Assembly: GCA_963699255.1 (NCBI GenBank)
Contig: OY969425.1
Coordinates: forward strand, 1,738,856-1,770,855
Reading direction: 5' to 3'
DNA length: 32,000 nt
From: an uncultured bacterium
Lineage (GTDB): Bacteria; Margulisbacteria; WOR-1; CAVSGV01
The notes beneath the pieces are model-generated. The model did no database searches. It was not told the DNA's origin and saw nothing but the letters and a program-made list of their open reading frames with translations. This document shows positions 8,313 through 18,555 of this stretch, in pieces. How positions within the stretch are numbered: position 1 is the first letter of the stretch; each line of letters starts with the position of its first letter. The position numbers and the translations under genes are program-made.

Positions 8313-10467
8313 TTATTTTTTTACGACCTTTACCGTTGAGAAGGTATTGTTGCCGGCCTGGATCTGAACGTAATATATTCCGGGAGCCACGTTCGTACCA
8401 TCCCAGGGAACTTCCTGATCACCTGCCGATTGTCTGCCCGGCTCAAGAGTACTTACGACCCTGCCGAAACTGTTGTAGATCTTTATCGTTACCTCGCTTT
8501 CACTTCCGAGCTGATATTTGATCCTGATACCGGATTGGAACGGGTTTGGATAGCAAGCAGACGGTTGAGTTGTTTTGGAGGTTTCGGATATAAGCGTAGG
8601 AATATTTACTGTTATCCCGTCGCTGTGGCCGACAGTGCTCCACTGGCCCGCTCCGTTTTTGGCCATCACATGGAAGTAATAGGTGGTTCCGTTGGTCAGT
8701 GTGAGCCCGGTTGCGGTCACCTGGGCATCAGTTCCTGTAGAAGTCCAGGGCACAATGTTCCCGGTATCCGGATCGGTCGGGTCGGTTGATATTGCATACC
8801 TATATTCTGTTATTCCCGATTCATCATCAGAAGAAGACCATGAGGCATGGAGCTCGGATAAAGAGACGGTGCTTTCTCCATCATCAATGACAATAGGATC
8901 CTGAAGGGGCTGTATCGTCAAAGGTTATTCCATCGCTGTGGCCTACGTTACTTGCTAGCCCGGCTCCGTTTATGGCTTTTACATGGAAGTAATAGGTTGT
9001 TCCGTTGGTCAGTGTGAGCCCAGTTGCGGTTATGTCGGTATTTGTTCCTGCAGATGTCCAGGGGACGATGTTTCCTTTGTCCGGATCGATCGGATCGGTC
9101 GATATGGAATACTGATATTCTGTAATGCCTGATTCTGCATCAGAAGAAGACCATGAAGCATGGAGCTGGGATGTAATAATAGTATATGTTCCATCATCGG
9201 TAACAACAGGGTCTGTAGGCGGAGTTGTATCCGGCGCTTTAACCAGGTCGTTGTAAACATTGACAAGGTTCCCCGCCATGAGCAAGGCTGCAAAACTCGC
9301 CAGAGATTGATTGTAATAGTAATTCCCTTCCCCGGAGTAGTTGCCCCAGTAGCCGCCATTTTCCGCAGTCGCGTATTGAGAAAAATTGTTCTCAAATTCA
9401 GAATTAAATGCGGATTGAAAAGCTGATAGTCCGCTTCCCATAGCGCCGGTTCCCCACATACCTGTGGTCATTTCGCTATGAAATGCACCATCCGTGTTCC
9501 CGTATGCAGTGCCGTTCATTGCATAATGTATCGCGTTTGACGCTGCCGCTGTTTCGCCCCCATATAGACCGTTAAGGAAGTTCATTCCGTTCTGGCAATA
9601 TGTGACGGCTCTTTGGTCTTTGAACCAGATGGCATCAAGTGCCATCATCCATGGAGTTCTTATTGCCTGGTACCACATATCATAGCCATTGCCCGAAGGG
9701 TTATCGCCGCCCAAACCGTAAGTATTAATGCCTCCGGCTCTTGTGCACCAATCCGGGCTCAGGCCGTATAAGTAGCCGTCGTATCCATCTGGATTCACCG
9801 CTTGAAGGGTCGTATAGCATTGGTCTACCACGGTATCCCAGTCATGGAAGTTTTTCTCATAGTTTTTAAAGGTTTTTAAGGCAGCCGTAAAGAAGTAGGA
9901 AGGATTGGCCGCATCCTTGCCGCTCCAGCCGTCACCGGGCATCAAATATTTCCCGCCATCAACGTCATTAGCATAGATGTTGTCAATAAGGGCCTGCGCT
10001 TTACTGCCGTAATCGTTGCTTGTGTCTGACCAGTAGCCTTTTTGTACAAGGATATCCGCGAATATCAGGGCGAGGGTGATGAAGGTGTCGCCGTCAGTGG
10101 CGGATGAGTAATCGGAAACATTCAGATTCCCGGACTTATCGACGACGGACACGAAGAGGCCTTTTCCGTCCTTATCGTGCATTTTTGCATAAGTAGCGGT
10201 CAGGATGTTATCAAAGTAAGCCTGGTCGCCATTGTAAAGGGCAAGAAGAAGTCCGTAGCCCTGACCTTCAGAAGTCGCGCCTTGGGTCTCATCAAAGCCG
10301 ACAGTGACCGGATCGTCCGGCAACTGCGGGTTGTGGACCAGGCCGGTGGTATAGGCGTCAATGAAATTCTTCTTATAATTCGCCCATGTGCCGCTTACCT
10401 TGTTTTTATAATCGCTGCCCGCGGACGGGTAGCTAGCCGAATAAGGCAGAAAATACAATGGACCCAT
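8313..10467 (-). pseudogene. One-unit paralog (GH8 - module - module - YPNPF tail) interrupted by a +1 frameshift near 8900
   Basis: ORFs 8884..10467 and 8313..8921 overlap and together reproduce the unit architecture. Their frames differ by one base. Hand alignment with the paralogous junctions (..DTTPPSDP.V.DDG) indicates one extra C in GGATCCTG (8896-8903). Deleting it restores ..FDDTAPSDPIVIDDG... Confidence 0.75.
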
Positions 10468-10569
10468 ATTACCCCCTTACGATATGTTATCGTCCCTTTC
10501 TTTTTAAAATTTCATTATTGGCGGAAAATATTTTCATATATAATAAGACAGATATGATATAATCCATAA

Positions 10570-11838
<1,269 letters not shown>

Positions 11839-11887
11839 GATAGGGGATAGAGATTAGGGACCGGATGTCAGGGAAAGGAAATATCAA
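11839..11887 (+). repeat. Seven in-phase degenerate heptamers (GATAGGG GATAGAG ATTAGGG ACCGGAT GTCAGGG AAAGGAA ATATCAA) running up to the ATG at 11888
   Basis: Read directly. Exactly 49 nt (7 x 7) between the ahcY stop region and the next start codon. Confidence 0.6.
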
Positions 11888-12226
11888 ATGGACGAAAAAG
11901 AATTAACTTTGCTGGACAGGTTGAATAAGAACGTTGAAAAACTGGCTTCTCATTTTGAAAAAGCGAACATTCAGGAATACGTGAAGTACGTGGGAAGCCC
12001 CTGGAAAATACTGTTCACCAACCTTCTCGCGGGGATCATGCGCGGCTTCGGGCTCGCGATCGGGATGACGATCATCCTTGCTGTCATAATGATAATCATC
12101 ACAAAGATACTATCCCACCTCATAACGCTCCCATTCGTGGGGCAGCAGGTGGCCCAGCTTGTTCAAATGGTGAATTCATATTTGCAGGAAGGGACAAAGA
12201 TCAAGCTGGATTCCGGAGGGATGTAG
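11888..12226 (+). CDS. Small membrane protein (DUF5665-like from memory)
   Basis: 112 aa with one or two hydrophobic helices (LLAGIMRGFGLAIGMTIILAVIMIIITKIL). Tightly packed in the operon, with its stop abutting the lspA start. Confidence 0.65.
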   Translation: MDEKELTLLDRLNKNVEKLASHFEKANIQEYVKYVGSPWKILFTNLLAGIMRGFGLAIGMTIILAVIMIIITKILSHLITLPFVGQQVAQLVQMVNSYLQEGTKIKLDSGGM

Positions 12227-12658
12227 TTGTTCTATCTTATAGCCCTTCTTGTTTTCGCGTTCGATCTCCTGATCAAGCTCGCGGTTTCAACCCGCCTGGC
12301 ACCGGCCCGATCGATACCTGTCATAAAGGGGATATTCAATCTCACGTATGTCCGCAACACCGGAGTCGCGTTCGGGCTTTTCCCCGACCAGAGGCTTATC
12401 CTGGTTTTGATCGGGATCGCTGTCTGCGCCGCCGTCATTTATTTTTATGCGAAGATAAAAAGAGAGGATTTTCTGTTTAAAGCTTATCTCGCGATCATAC
12501 TGGGAGGAAGCCTCGGCAATTTATTTGACAGGATATTCTTCGGCTACGTGATCGATTATTTTGACCTCAGGGTGTTCCCGGTGTTCAACTTTGCCGACAT
12601 AGCGATAAATCTGGGTGTTTTCCTTATCATTCTGGACTTTGTCCTGGGAGGGCAGTGA
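12227..12658 (+). CDS. lspA: Lipoprotein signal peptidase II
   Basis: NTGVAFGLF and FNFADIAINLG motifs and four hydrophobic segments. TTG start directly after the previous stop. Confidence 0.85.
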   Translation: MFYLIALLVFAFDLLIKLAVSTRLAPARSIPVIKGIFNLTYVRNTGVAFGLFPDQRLILVLIGIAVCAAVIYFYAKIKREDFLFKAYLAIILGGSLGNLFDRIFFGYVIDYFDLRVFPVFNFADIAINLGVFLIILDFVLGGQ

Positions 12659-13356
12659 TGCATCCGGTACTGTGCAGAATAGGGCCTTTTAACGTTTATT
12701 CCTGGGGCTTTATGGTGGCGCTCGGCTCTCTGGCCTGGCTTATGGCAGCGATGCGCCTGGGCAAGCGCGAGGGAATAAATGAAGAAACGATCCTGGACCT
12801 TTTCATATATGTTGTTATTTCGGCGACTATAGGCGCGAGATCGTTCTATGTCCTGGCGTTTCCCGGGCAGTACTGGAGCGATCCGATCTCGGTCTTCTAT
12901 GTCAGTGAAGGCGGGCTTGTTTTCATCGGCGGGCTTTGCGGGGTGCTGATAGCGGCGCTCATATTTGTCAGGCGTCACGGTATGAATATCTGGAAGCTGC
13001 TGGATGTGTTATCCCCGCCCACCATGATCGGATACGCTATAGGGAGGATAGGATGTTTGCTCAACGGCTGCTGTTACGGGATAACAATATTAGGGGTACA
13101 ACAGCCCACCCAGATATATTCATCCCTCTCCGGCCTTCTTATTTTCTTACTGCTTTTGTATCTTTATGACAGGAAGAGATATGACGGGCAGATATTCTTT
13201 TTTGCTTTGTTCTTTTATTCAATATACAGGTTTTTTCTTGAATTTGTCCGCTACAACCCAGTCCATATCTTCATTTTCACCCCGAACCAGCTGCTGGCCG
13301 CGATCATGTTCATTGTATCTGCGTGCATATTATTATGGAAAAAGCGTACGACATAA
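12655..13356 (+). CDS. lgt: Prolipoprotein diacylglyceryl transferase
   Basis: GPFNVYSWGFMVALG N-terminus and GRIGCLLNGCCYG motif; polytopic. GTGATG overlap with lspA (the start may be ATG at 12658). Confidence 0.85.
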   Translation: MMHPVLCRIGPFNVYSWGFMVALGSLAWLMAAMRLGKREGINEETILDLFIYVVISATIGARSFYVLAFPGQYWSDPISVFYVSEGGLVFIGGLCGVLIAALIFVRRHGMNIWKLLDVLSPPTMIGYAIGRIGCLLNGCCYGITILGVQQPTQIYSSLSGLLIFLLLLYLYDRKRYDGQIFFFALFFYSIYRFFLEFVRYNPVHIFIFTPNQLLAAIMFIVSACILLWKKRTT

Positions 13357-14291
13357 TAGTCAAACCTGATATGCCCAGAGAGAGGATCGACATCTTTCTT
13401 TCCAGGGAAATAGGACTATCTAGGTCGCAGATCGACAAGCTGATCAAAGGCGGACAGGTAAAGCTGAACAACACAGCGGCCAAGCCCGGTTACAGGGTAA
13501 GGAAGGATGACAGGATAATCGTGTGCGTCCCTTCTCCGGCAGAGATCGCAGCCCGACCGGAAGACATTCCCCTTAATATCGTTTATGAGGACAAGGATAT
13601 AATCATTATAGATAAGCCTCCGGGCATTGTCGTTCATCCCGCCGCGGGCAACTTGCAGGGCACTCTCGTGAACGCGCTGCTTCATCACTGCAGGGACCTC
13701 GCCGGGATCGGCGGGAGCATACGCCCGGGAGTGGTGCACAGGCTCGACAAAGACACGTCCGGATTGATCGTTTTTGCGAAGAACGACGCTTCCCACCAGG
13801 ATCTCGCAAAGCAGTTCAAGAACAGGGAAGTAAAAAAGACGTATCTGGCGCTTGTCCATGGAGAGATCGAGAACGATTCAGGCGAGATAAATGCTCCCCT
13901 CGGCAGGCATCCCGTGCACAGGAAAAAGATGGCCGTGATAAGCGCCGAGGGCGTTAAGAAACGCGAAGCGCTTACATGTTACAGGGTCCTAAAAAGGTTC
14001 TCAACAAAAGATGGGAAGTACACACTTGTCGAGCTGGACCTGAAAACGGGGCGGACTCACCAGATAAGGGTCCATCTTTCTTATATAAGGCATCCTGTTG
14101 TCGGTGACAGGACTTATTCGAAGATGAAGGACGGGTTTGGTGCCTCAAGGCAGTTCCTTCACGCGAGCCAGCTTTCATTTCATCATCCGGTAACGGGAAA
14201 ATATTTGGAGTTCAGGTCCGATCTGCCTGAGGACATGAAAAAGGTCTTGGGAGCTTTAGTAGAGAATATATCCGGCGGCAATACCGCATAG
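13323..14291 (+). CDS. rluD: RluA-family 23S rRNA pseudouridine synthase (RluD-like)
   Basis: S4-like N-terminus (RIDIFLSREIGLSRSQIDKLIKGGQVKLN) and catalytic HRLDKDTSGLIVFAKN. The start may be the ATG at 13335. Confidence 0.85.
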   Translation: MHIIMEKAYDIIVKPDMPRERIDIFLSREIGLSRSQIDKLIKGGQVKLNNTAAKPGYRVRKDDRIIVCVPSPAEIAARPEDIPLNIVYEDKDIIIIDKPPGIVVHPAAGNLQGTLVNALLHHCRDLAGIGGSIRPGVVHRLDKDTSGLIVFAKNDASHQDLAKQFKNREVKKTYLALVHGEIENDSGEINAPLGRHPVHRKKMAVISAEGVKKREALTCYRVLKRFSTKDGKYTLVELDLKTGRTHQIRVHLSYIRHPVVGDRTYSKMKDGFGASRQFLHASQLSFHHPVTGKYLEFRSDLPEDMKKVLGALVENISGGNTA

Positions 14292-14558
14292 GAGCGATCC
14301 GCAGACGAGAGCAAAGACCCCGGGCAGGGATATGGGGATCCCGACGGCGGTCGTGGTTATGCACGCGATCAGTCCGATGCAGGCGCCTATTCCCCCTCCG
14401 GAAAAAACGTTCCAGCTCCTTATCCTGCCGCTCTCTCTGTCATATTCTTCTTTTAGCTTTGAGATGTCGAATTCCGCGGTATTATTGGAGGCGATGCTCA
14501 TGACCCTTACGTGCATTTCTTTTGGACTTTTTGATCTATTCATTTTGATTTCGCTCAT
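14256..14558 (-). CDS. Hypothetical small membrane protein (100 aa)
   Basis: Polar N-terminal half and a Gly/Ala-rich two-helix C-terminal half, more protein-like than the antisense ORF 14332..14598. Weak AGGAAA SD. Its 3' end overlaps the rluD 3' end by 36 nt. Confidence 0.45.
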   Translation of the reverse strand: MSEIKMNRSKSPKEMHVRVMSIASNNTAEFDISKLKEEYDRESGRIRSWNVFSGGGIGACIGLIACITTTAVGIPISLPGVFALVCGSLLCGIAAGYILY

Positions 14559-14709
14559 ATTTCTATTTTCCTACGCCTGTTTATCGACGAGTTTTTGAAA
14601 AAATTTCACTTTCTGAACAACTTTTTCCGGGGCTAAAAACCCGTCCCGTCCGGGCGTTCCAGCTTAAACTGTTTTTACTCTGTACTTGTGTTATAATCTT
14701 CCCGATTTT

Positions 14710-15459
14710 ATGCTGCTTGCCGTTGATATCGGTAATACGAACATTGTTCTCGGACTTTTCAAAAATGATAAGCTCATCAGCAAGCATCGGATACTAACAG
14801 ATAGTTCTGCCCGCGTCAAGGCGGCGGGGCCCCTGGATGCGGCCATCATTTCCAGCGTTGTACCGCATCTTACCGGGGACATATCGAGGCAGATCGAAAA
14901 GCGGTACAGAGTGAAACCCGTGATCGTGAGCTGGCGCAACATCAGGGGTCTAAAGATCGCACTGAAAAACAAGGGTCAGGTGGGCATTGACAGGCTGGTC
15001 AATGCGGTCGCCGTCAAACATTTATATGGATCGCCGGCGGTAATAATCGATTTCGGCACCGCGACCACTTTTTGCGCGCTCGATAGGACCGGGCGGTACC
15101 TTGGGGGAGCGATAACATCCGGGCTTGCGATATCAAGGGATATCCTGTACGAGAGGACCGCAAAACTTCCTTTTATTAGCATCATCAAGCCGGAGAGAGC
15201 GATAGGCAGGAACACTCTGGAGGCGATGAGGTCCGGACTTTTTTACGGCTATGTTGACCTGGTGGACGGGATGATAAAAAGGTTCAAGGCGCAGCTTGGG
15301 GGCAAGGCAAAAGTGATCGCCACCGGCGGGCTTTCGGGGATAATAGCTTCCGGAACGGACAAGATAGATGTTGTCGATACGGACTTGACGTTAAAAGGAT
15401 TAAATATAATATATAAGGAGATGCGAGACGCGAGATATGAGATGCGAAGTGTGAGATGA
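14710..15459 (+). CDS. coaX: Type III pantothenate kinase
   Basis: [18 protein letters not shown]-terminus and [10 protein letters not shown] motif. The ATG at 14710 is preferred over the listed 14686 because it gives the canonical N-terminus. Confidence 0.85.
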   Translation: MLLAVDIGNTNIVLGLFKNDKLISKHRILTDSSARVKAAGPLDAAIISSVVPHLTGDISRQIEKRYRVKPVIVSWRNIRGLKIALKNKGQVGIDRLVNAVAVKHLYGSPAVIIDFGTATTFCALDRTGRYLGGAITSGLAISRDILYERTAKLPFISIIKPERAIGRNTLEAMRSGLFYGYVDLVDGMIKRFKAQLGGKAKVIATGGLSGIIASGTDKIDVVDTDLTLKGLNIIYKEMRDARYEMRSVR

Positions 15460-15480
15460 GAGGTGTGAGATGAGCGAAGA
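15418..15480 (+). repeat. Nine consecutive heptamers GAGATGC GAGACGC GAGATAT GAGATGC GAAGTGT GAGATGA GAGGTGT GAGATGA GCGAAGA
   Basis: Read directly. Covers the last 13 codons of coaX ([13 protein letters not shown]), its TGA (15457-15459), the GAGG SD and the lysS ATG (15470). Confidence 0.85.
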
Positions 15481-17011
15481 ATTATCGGATCTGTTAAAGG
15501 TCAGAAGGGCCAAGCTCGAAGAGCTGAGAGCGAAAAATATTAATCCTTATCCGTACCGCTTTGAAAGGGATTCGACCTCGGGCGCCGTCCTTGAAAAGTA
15601 TAAGGACCTTAAAGCCGAAGAGGTCAGTCCAGAGGTCGTTGTGCTTGCCGGAAGGCTTATGACCAGACGGGGACACGGAAAAGCCTCCTTTGCCAACATT
15701 CAGGATGGGGCAGGGAAGATCCAGATATACGCCAAGCTTGATGTCATGGGCCAGCAAAAATACGAGCTTTTTGAAAAACTGGATATCGGCGACTTCATAG
15801 GGGTAAGGGGGCCGGTCTTCAAGACCAGGACGGGGGAGACCACGGTAAGGGTCAAAGACTTCGAGCTTCTTTCAAAATCCCTTCATCCTCTTCCTGAAAA
15901 ATGGCACGGCTTGACGGACAAGGAGCTGCGTTACAGGGAAAGATATGTTGACCTGATAGTCAATCACGACGTCAAGGAGGTTTTCGTCAAGAGAAGCAGG
16001 ATAATCACCGAGGCCAGGAGCTTCCTTATATCGAAAGGCTACCTGGAAGTTGAGACCCCTGTCCTTCACATCCAGCCCGGCGGGGCGGCCGCCAGGCCTT
16101 TTGAGACATACCATAACGCGCTTGATATGGATCTGTACCTCAGGATAGCCCTTGAGCTTCATCTGAAACGCTTGATAGTCGGAGGTTTCGAGAAGGTGTT
16201 TGAGATCGGCAGGGTCTTCAGGAACGAGGGAATATCCTTCAAGCACAATCCGGAATACACCATGCTGGAGCTTTATGAGGCTTACTCGGATTACAATGAC
16301 ATAATGAAGCTGACGGAAGAAATGGTGTCTTCCATAGCCAATAAAGTTCTCGGGACAACAAAGATCAAATATAAAGACATTGATATTGATTTTAAGACGC
16401 CGTGGGCCAGGATCACCCTGCATGACGCGCTGAAGAAATACGCCAATATCGACATAAACACGGACGAAAAAGGCTTGAGGGCCATCGCGAAGCAAAAAGA
16501 ACTGGAGGGTTACATGGAACTGCCGGTGGGCAAGATCATCAACCTTCTTTATGATACTTTTGTTGAAGCCAAGATCATCCAGCCCACGTTCATAATCGAT
16601 TATCCGGTGGAAACCTCTCCTCTGGCAAAGAGGAAAAGGGATAATCCTCTCCTTGTGGAGAGGTTCGAGGTCATTGTCGCCGGAATGGAGCTGGCGAACG
16701 CTTTCTCCGAACTGAACGATCCAGTGGACCAGAGGGAAAGGTTCCAGGAGCAGGTCGAGGCGCGCAAGGCGGGGGACGATGAAGCGGAATCGATGGATGA
16801 GGATTTCCTGAGGGCCCTTGAGTACGGGATGCCCCCGACGGGAGGCCTGGGAATAGGGATAGACAGGCTGGTCATGCTTTTAACGGGACAACCGTCGATA
16901 CGGGATGTCATCCTGTTCCCGCACATGAGGCCGATCGAGATAAAAGAAACGGATGCGAAACCGGAGGAGATAAAGGTACTGGATGATAATAACAGAAAAA
17001 AAAGAATATAA
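15470..17011 (+). CDS. lysS: Lysyl-tRNA synthetase, class II
   Basis: 513 aa with class II motifs ([25 protein letters not shown]; [14 protein letters not shown]). Confidence 0.92.
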   Translation: MSEELSDLLKVRRAKLEELRAKNINPYPYRFERDSTSGAVLEKYKDLKAEEVSPEVVVLAGRLMTRRGHGKASFANIQDGAGKIQIYAKLDVMGQQKYELFEKLDIGDFIGVRGPVFKTRTGETTVRVKDFELLSKSLHPLPEKWHGLTDKELRYRERYVDLIVNHDVKEVFVKRSRIITEARSFLISKGYLEVETPVLHIQPGGAAARPFETYHNALDMDLYLRIALELHLKRLIVGGFEKVFEIGRVFRNEGISFKHNPEYTMLELYEAYSDYNDIMKLTEEMVSSIANKVLGTTKIKYKDIDIDFKTPWARITLHDALKKYANIDINTDEKGLRAIAKQKELEGYMELPVGKIINLLYDTFVEAKIIQPTFIIDYPVETSPLAKRKRDNPLLVERFEVIVAGMELANAFSELNDPVDQRERFQEQVEARKAGDDEAESMDEDFLRALEYGMPPTGGLGIGIDRLVMLLTGQPSIRDVILFPHMRPIEIKETDAKPEEIKVLDDNNRKKRI

Positions 17012-17627
17012 GAAGATACTCGAAAGCCTGAAGGGCATGGACAGTATATATGTAATAGGCTGCGGCAGGTGCGCCACGTCATGCTCGACCGGCGGGGAAG
17101 AGCAGGTGTTCGACATTATCGGGAAGCTGAAAAAGGATGGCAAGAAAATCGCGGGCTCATATGTCATTGAAGCTCCCTGCGATGAAAGACTTGTGCTCAA
17201 GTTCTCAAGGGCCGAGAAGTCAAAGCTTGAAAGATCCGATGCCCTGCTTGTCCTGGGATGCGGGGCGGGGGTGCAGACCGTGTCGGATGTGGTGAAGCTT
17301 CCGGCTTATCCGGCGCTCGAGTCGGTGTTCCTCGGAAAAACGAAGAACCTGGGGAGATTCTACGAGTTGTGCGTCATGTGCGGGGACTGTGCGCTTGAGG
17401 AAACCGGCGGCATCTGTCCTGTTGCCAGATGCTCAAAGCACCTGCTGAACGGCCCGTGCGGAGGATCCCATAAAGGGAAATGCGAGGTGGACCAGAACCT
17501 TGACTGCGCGTGGTACCTGATATTCGAGCGCCTCAAGGAGCTGAAGCAGTTCGACCGGATAAAGAAATACCAGAAGCCGAAAGATTACTCAAAGGCCATA
17601 AGGCCGAGGAAAGTTGAATTAAGATGA
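16983..17627 (+). CDS. metV: Methylenetetrahydrofolate reductase C-terminal-domain (MetV-like) Cys-rich protein
   Basis: Cys clusters [36 protein letters not shown] and NGPCGG. Stop overlaps the metF start (ATGA). Overlaps the lysS 3' end by 29 nt. Confidence 0.7.
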   Translation: MIITEKKEYKKILESLKGMDSIYVIGCGRCATSCSTGGEEQVFDIIGKLKKDGKKIAGSYVIEAPCDERLVLKFSRAEKSKLERSDALLVLGCGAGVQTVSDVVKLPAYPALESVFLGKTKNLGRFYELCVMCGDCALEETGGICPVARCSKHLLNGPCGGSHKGKCEVDQNLDCAWYLIFERLKELKQFDRIKKYQKPKDYSKAIRPRKVELR

Positions 17628-18493
17628 CGTTCAGCGAAGCATTAAAGAACAAGGATTTCGTCGTTACAGCCGAACTTTCTCCTCCAAAAGGGGTGGAACT
17701 GGCGGATGTCCTTAAAAAAGCGGATCTTCTGAAAGGGAAGGTGGACGGCGTCAATGCGACGGATAACCAGGTCGCCGTTCTGCATCTAAGCTCTGTCGCC
17801 TTCTGCGCGTTACTTAAGCAGAAAGGCCTCGATGCGATCCTCCAGATGAACTGCAGGGACAGGAACGCTCTGGCGATGCAGGCGGACCTTCTGGGCGCTT
17901 ATGCCCTCGGGATAAGGAATGTCCTGGCGATAACGGGAGATTACCCGAAGAAATCGCTCCACCATGTGGTAAGGCCTGTATTCGACATCGATTCGGTCCA
18001 GCTGATCAAGCTGATAAATGACATGAATAAAGGGATAGATTTTGCCGGAGAGGAGCTGGCCGGCGCTCCAAGCTTTACCGTGGGAGGGGTCGTCAATCCG
18101 GGAGCGGACCCCATTGAAGGGCAGCTAGTGAAGCTAAGGAAAAAGATCGATGCGGGAGCGCAGTTCATCCAGACCCAGATAGTATATGACATTGACGGAT
18201 TCAAGAAATTCAGGGACAAGACAAAGGACATAAAAGTTAAATTCCTTCTCGGCATCCTTCCGATACGCTCGGCAAAGATGGCGCAGAACATCCTGAACAT
18301 TCCCGGCGTCCACATACCGAAAAAGATCCTGGAGAGGATAGGGGAGTCAAAAGATCCCGTTCAGGAGGGCATTGATATTTCGGCCGAGATCATTAACGGT
18401 CTCAAGGGCTACATCGACGGGGTGCATTTCATGACACTGAATAATGTGGAGGTCATTCCGGATATCCTGGCTTTAATCAAACTCGGAACCTGA
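17624..18493 (+). CDS. metF: 5,10-methylenetetrahydrofolate reductase
   Basis: 289 aa with MetF-like TIM-barrel pattern (VTAELSPPKG, NCRDRN, LAITGD, AGAQFIQTQ). Confidence 0.85.
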   Translation: MTFSEALKNKDFVVTAELSPPKGVELADVLKKADLLKGKVDGVNATDNQVAVLHLSSVAFCALLKQKGLDAILQMNCRDRNALAMQADLLGAYALGIRNVLAITGDYPKKSLHHVVRPVFDIDSVQLIKLINDMNKGIDFAGEELAGAPSFTVGGVVNPGADPIEGQLVKLRKKIDAGAQFIQTQIVYDIDGFKKFRDKTKDIKVKFLLGILPIRSAKMAQNILNIPGVHIPKKILERIGESKDPVQEGIDISAEIINGLKGYIDGVHFMTLNNVEVIPDILALIKLGT

Positions 18494-18554
18494 GAGTAAA
18501 ACTCTCGGTTCCTTGCACAACAAATTGGAACCGCGACTTTTAGTCGCAGGTTCC
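18485..18554. terminator. Two tandem GGAACC...GGTTCC-clamped hairpins between convergent metF and tldD
   Basis: 18485-18512 (GGAACC-t-GAGAG/taaaa/CTCTC-GGTTCC) and 18527-18554 (GGAACCGCGACT/ttt/AGTCGC-a-GGTTCC). No strong U-run on either side. Confidence 0.5.
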
Positions 18555-18555
18555 A

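Noticed and set aside
7871-8521. ORFs 7871..8179(+), 8101..8298(-) and 8210..8521(+) in and around the intergenic region between the two GH8 genes.
   Set aside because: They overlap the gene ends or the promoter region, lack SDs, and have Arg/Pro/Cys-rich antisense-type composition.
8884-8921. Programmed ribosomal frameshift joining ORFs 8884..10467 and 8313..8921.
   Set aside because: There is no slippery heptamer (sense strand ..GCC CCT TCA GGA TCC..) and no obvious downstream pseudoknot. A one-base insertion or consensus error is the simpler explanation.
593-10467. Regularly spaced repeats that might suggest a CRISPR array or satellite.
   Set aside because: The repeat period is ~300-315 nt (modules) or ~2.4 kb (units). 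The repeats are diverged, continuous with an open reading frame, and lack short conserved repeats alternating with unique spacers.
12232-12978. Minus-strand ORFs 12232..12438 and 12556..12978 (68 and 140 aa).
   Set aside because: They are antisense to the well-supported lspA and lgt, with Arg-rich shadow composition.
14686-14709. The listed coaX start at 14686 (MCYNLPDF...).
   Set aside because: The ATG at 14710 gives the canonical [12 protein letters not shown]-terminus. The upstream extension has no support.
14332-14787. ORFs 14332..14598(+) and 14581..14787(-).
   Set aside because: The first is antisense to the more protein-like 100-aa membrane ORF. The second lies in the coaX promoter region with no SD or recognisable features.
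15494-17200. Minus-strand ORFs inside lysS/metV (87, 207, 64, 160 and 106 aa).
   Set aside because: They are antisense to strongly supported genes and have no independent motifs.
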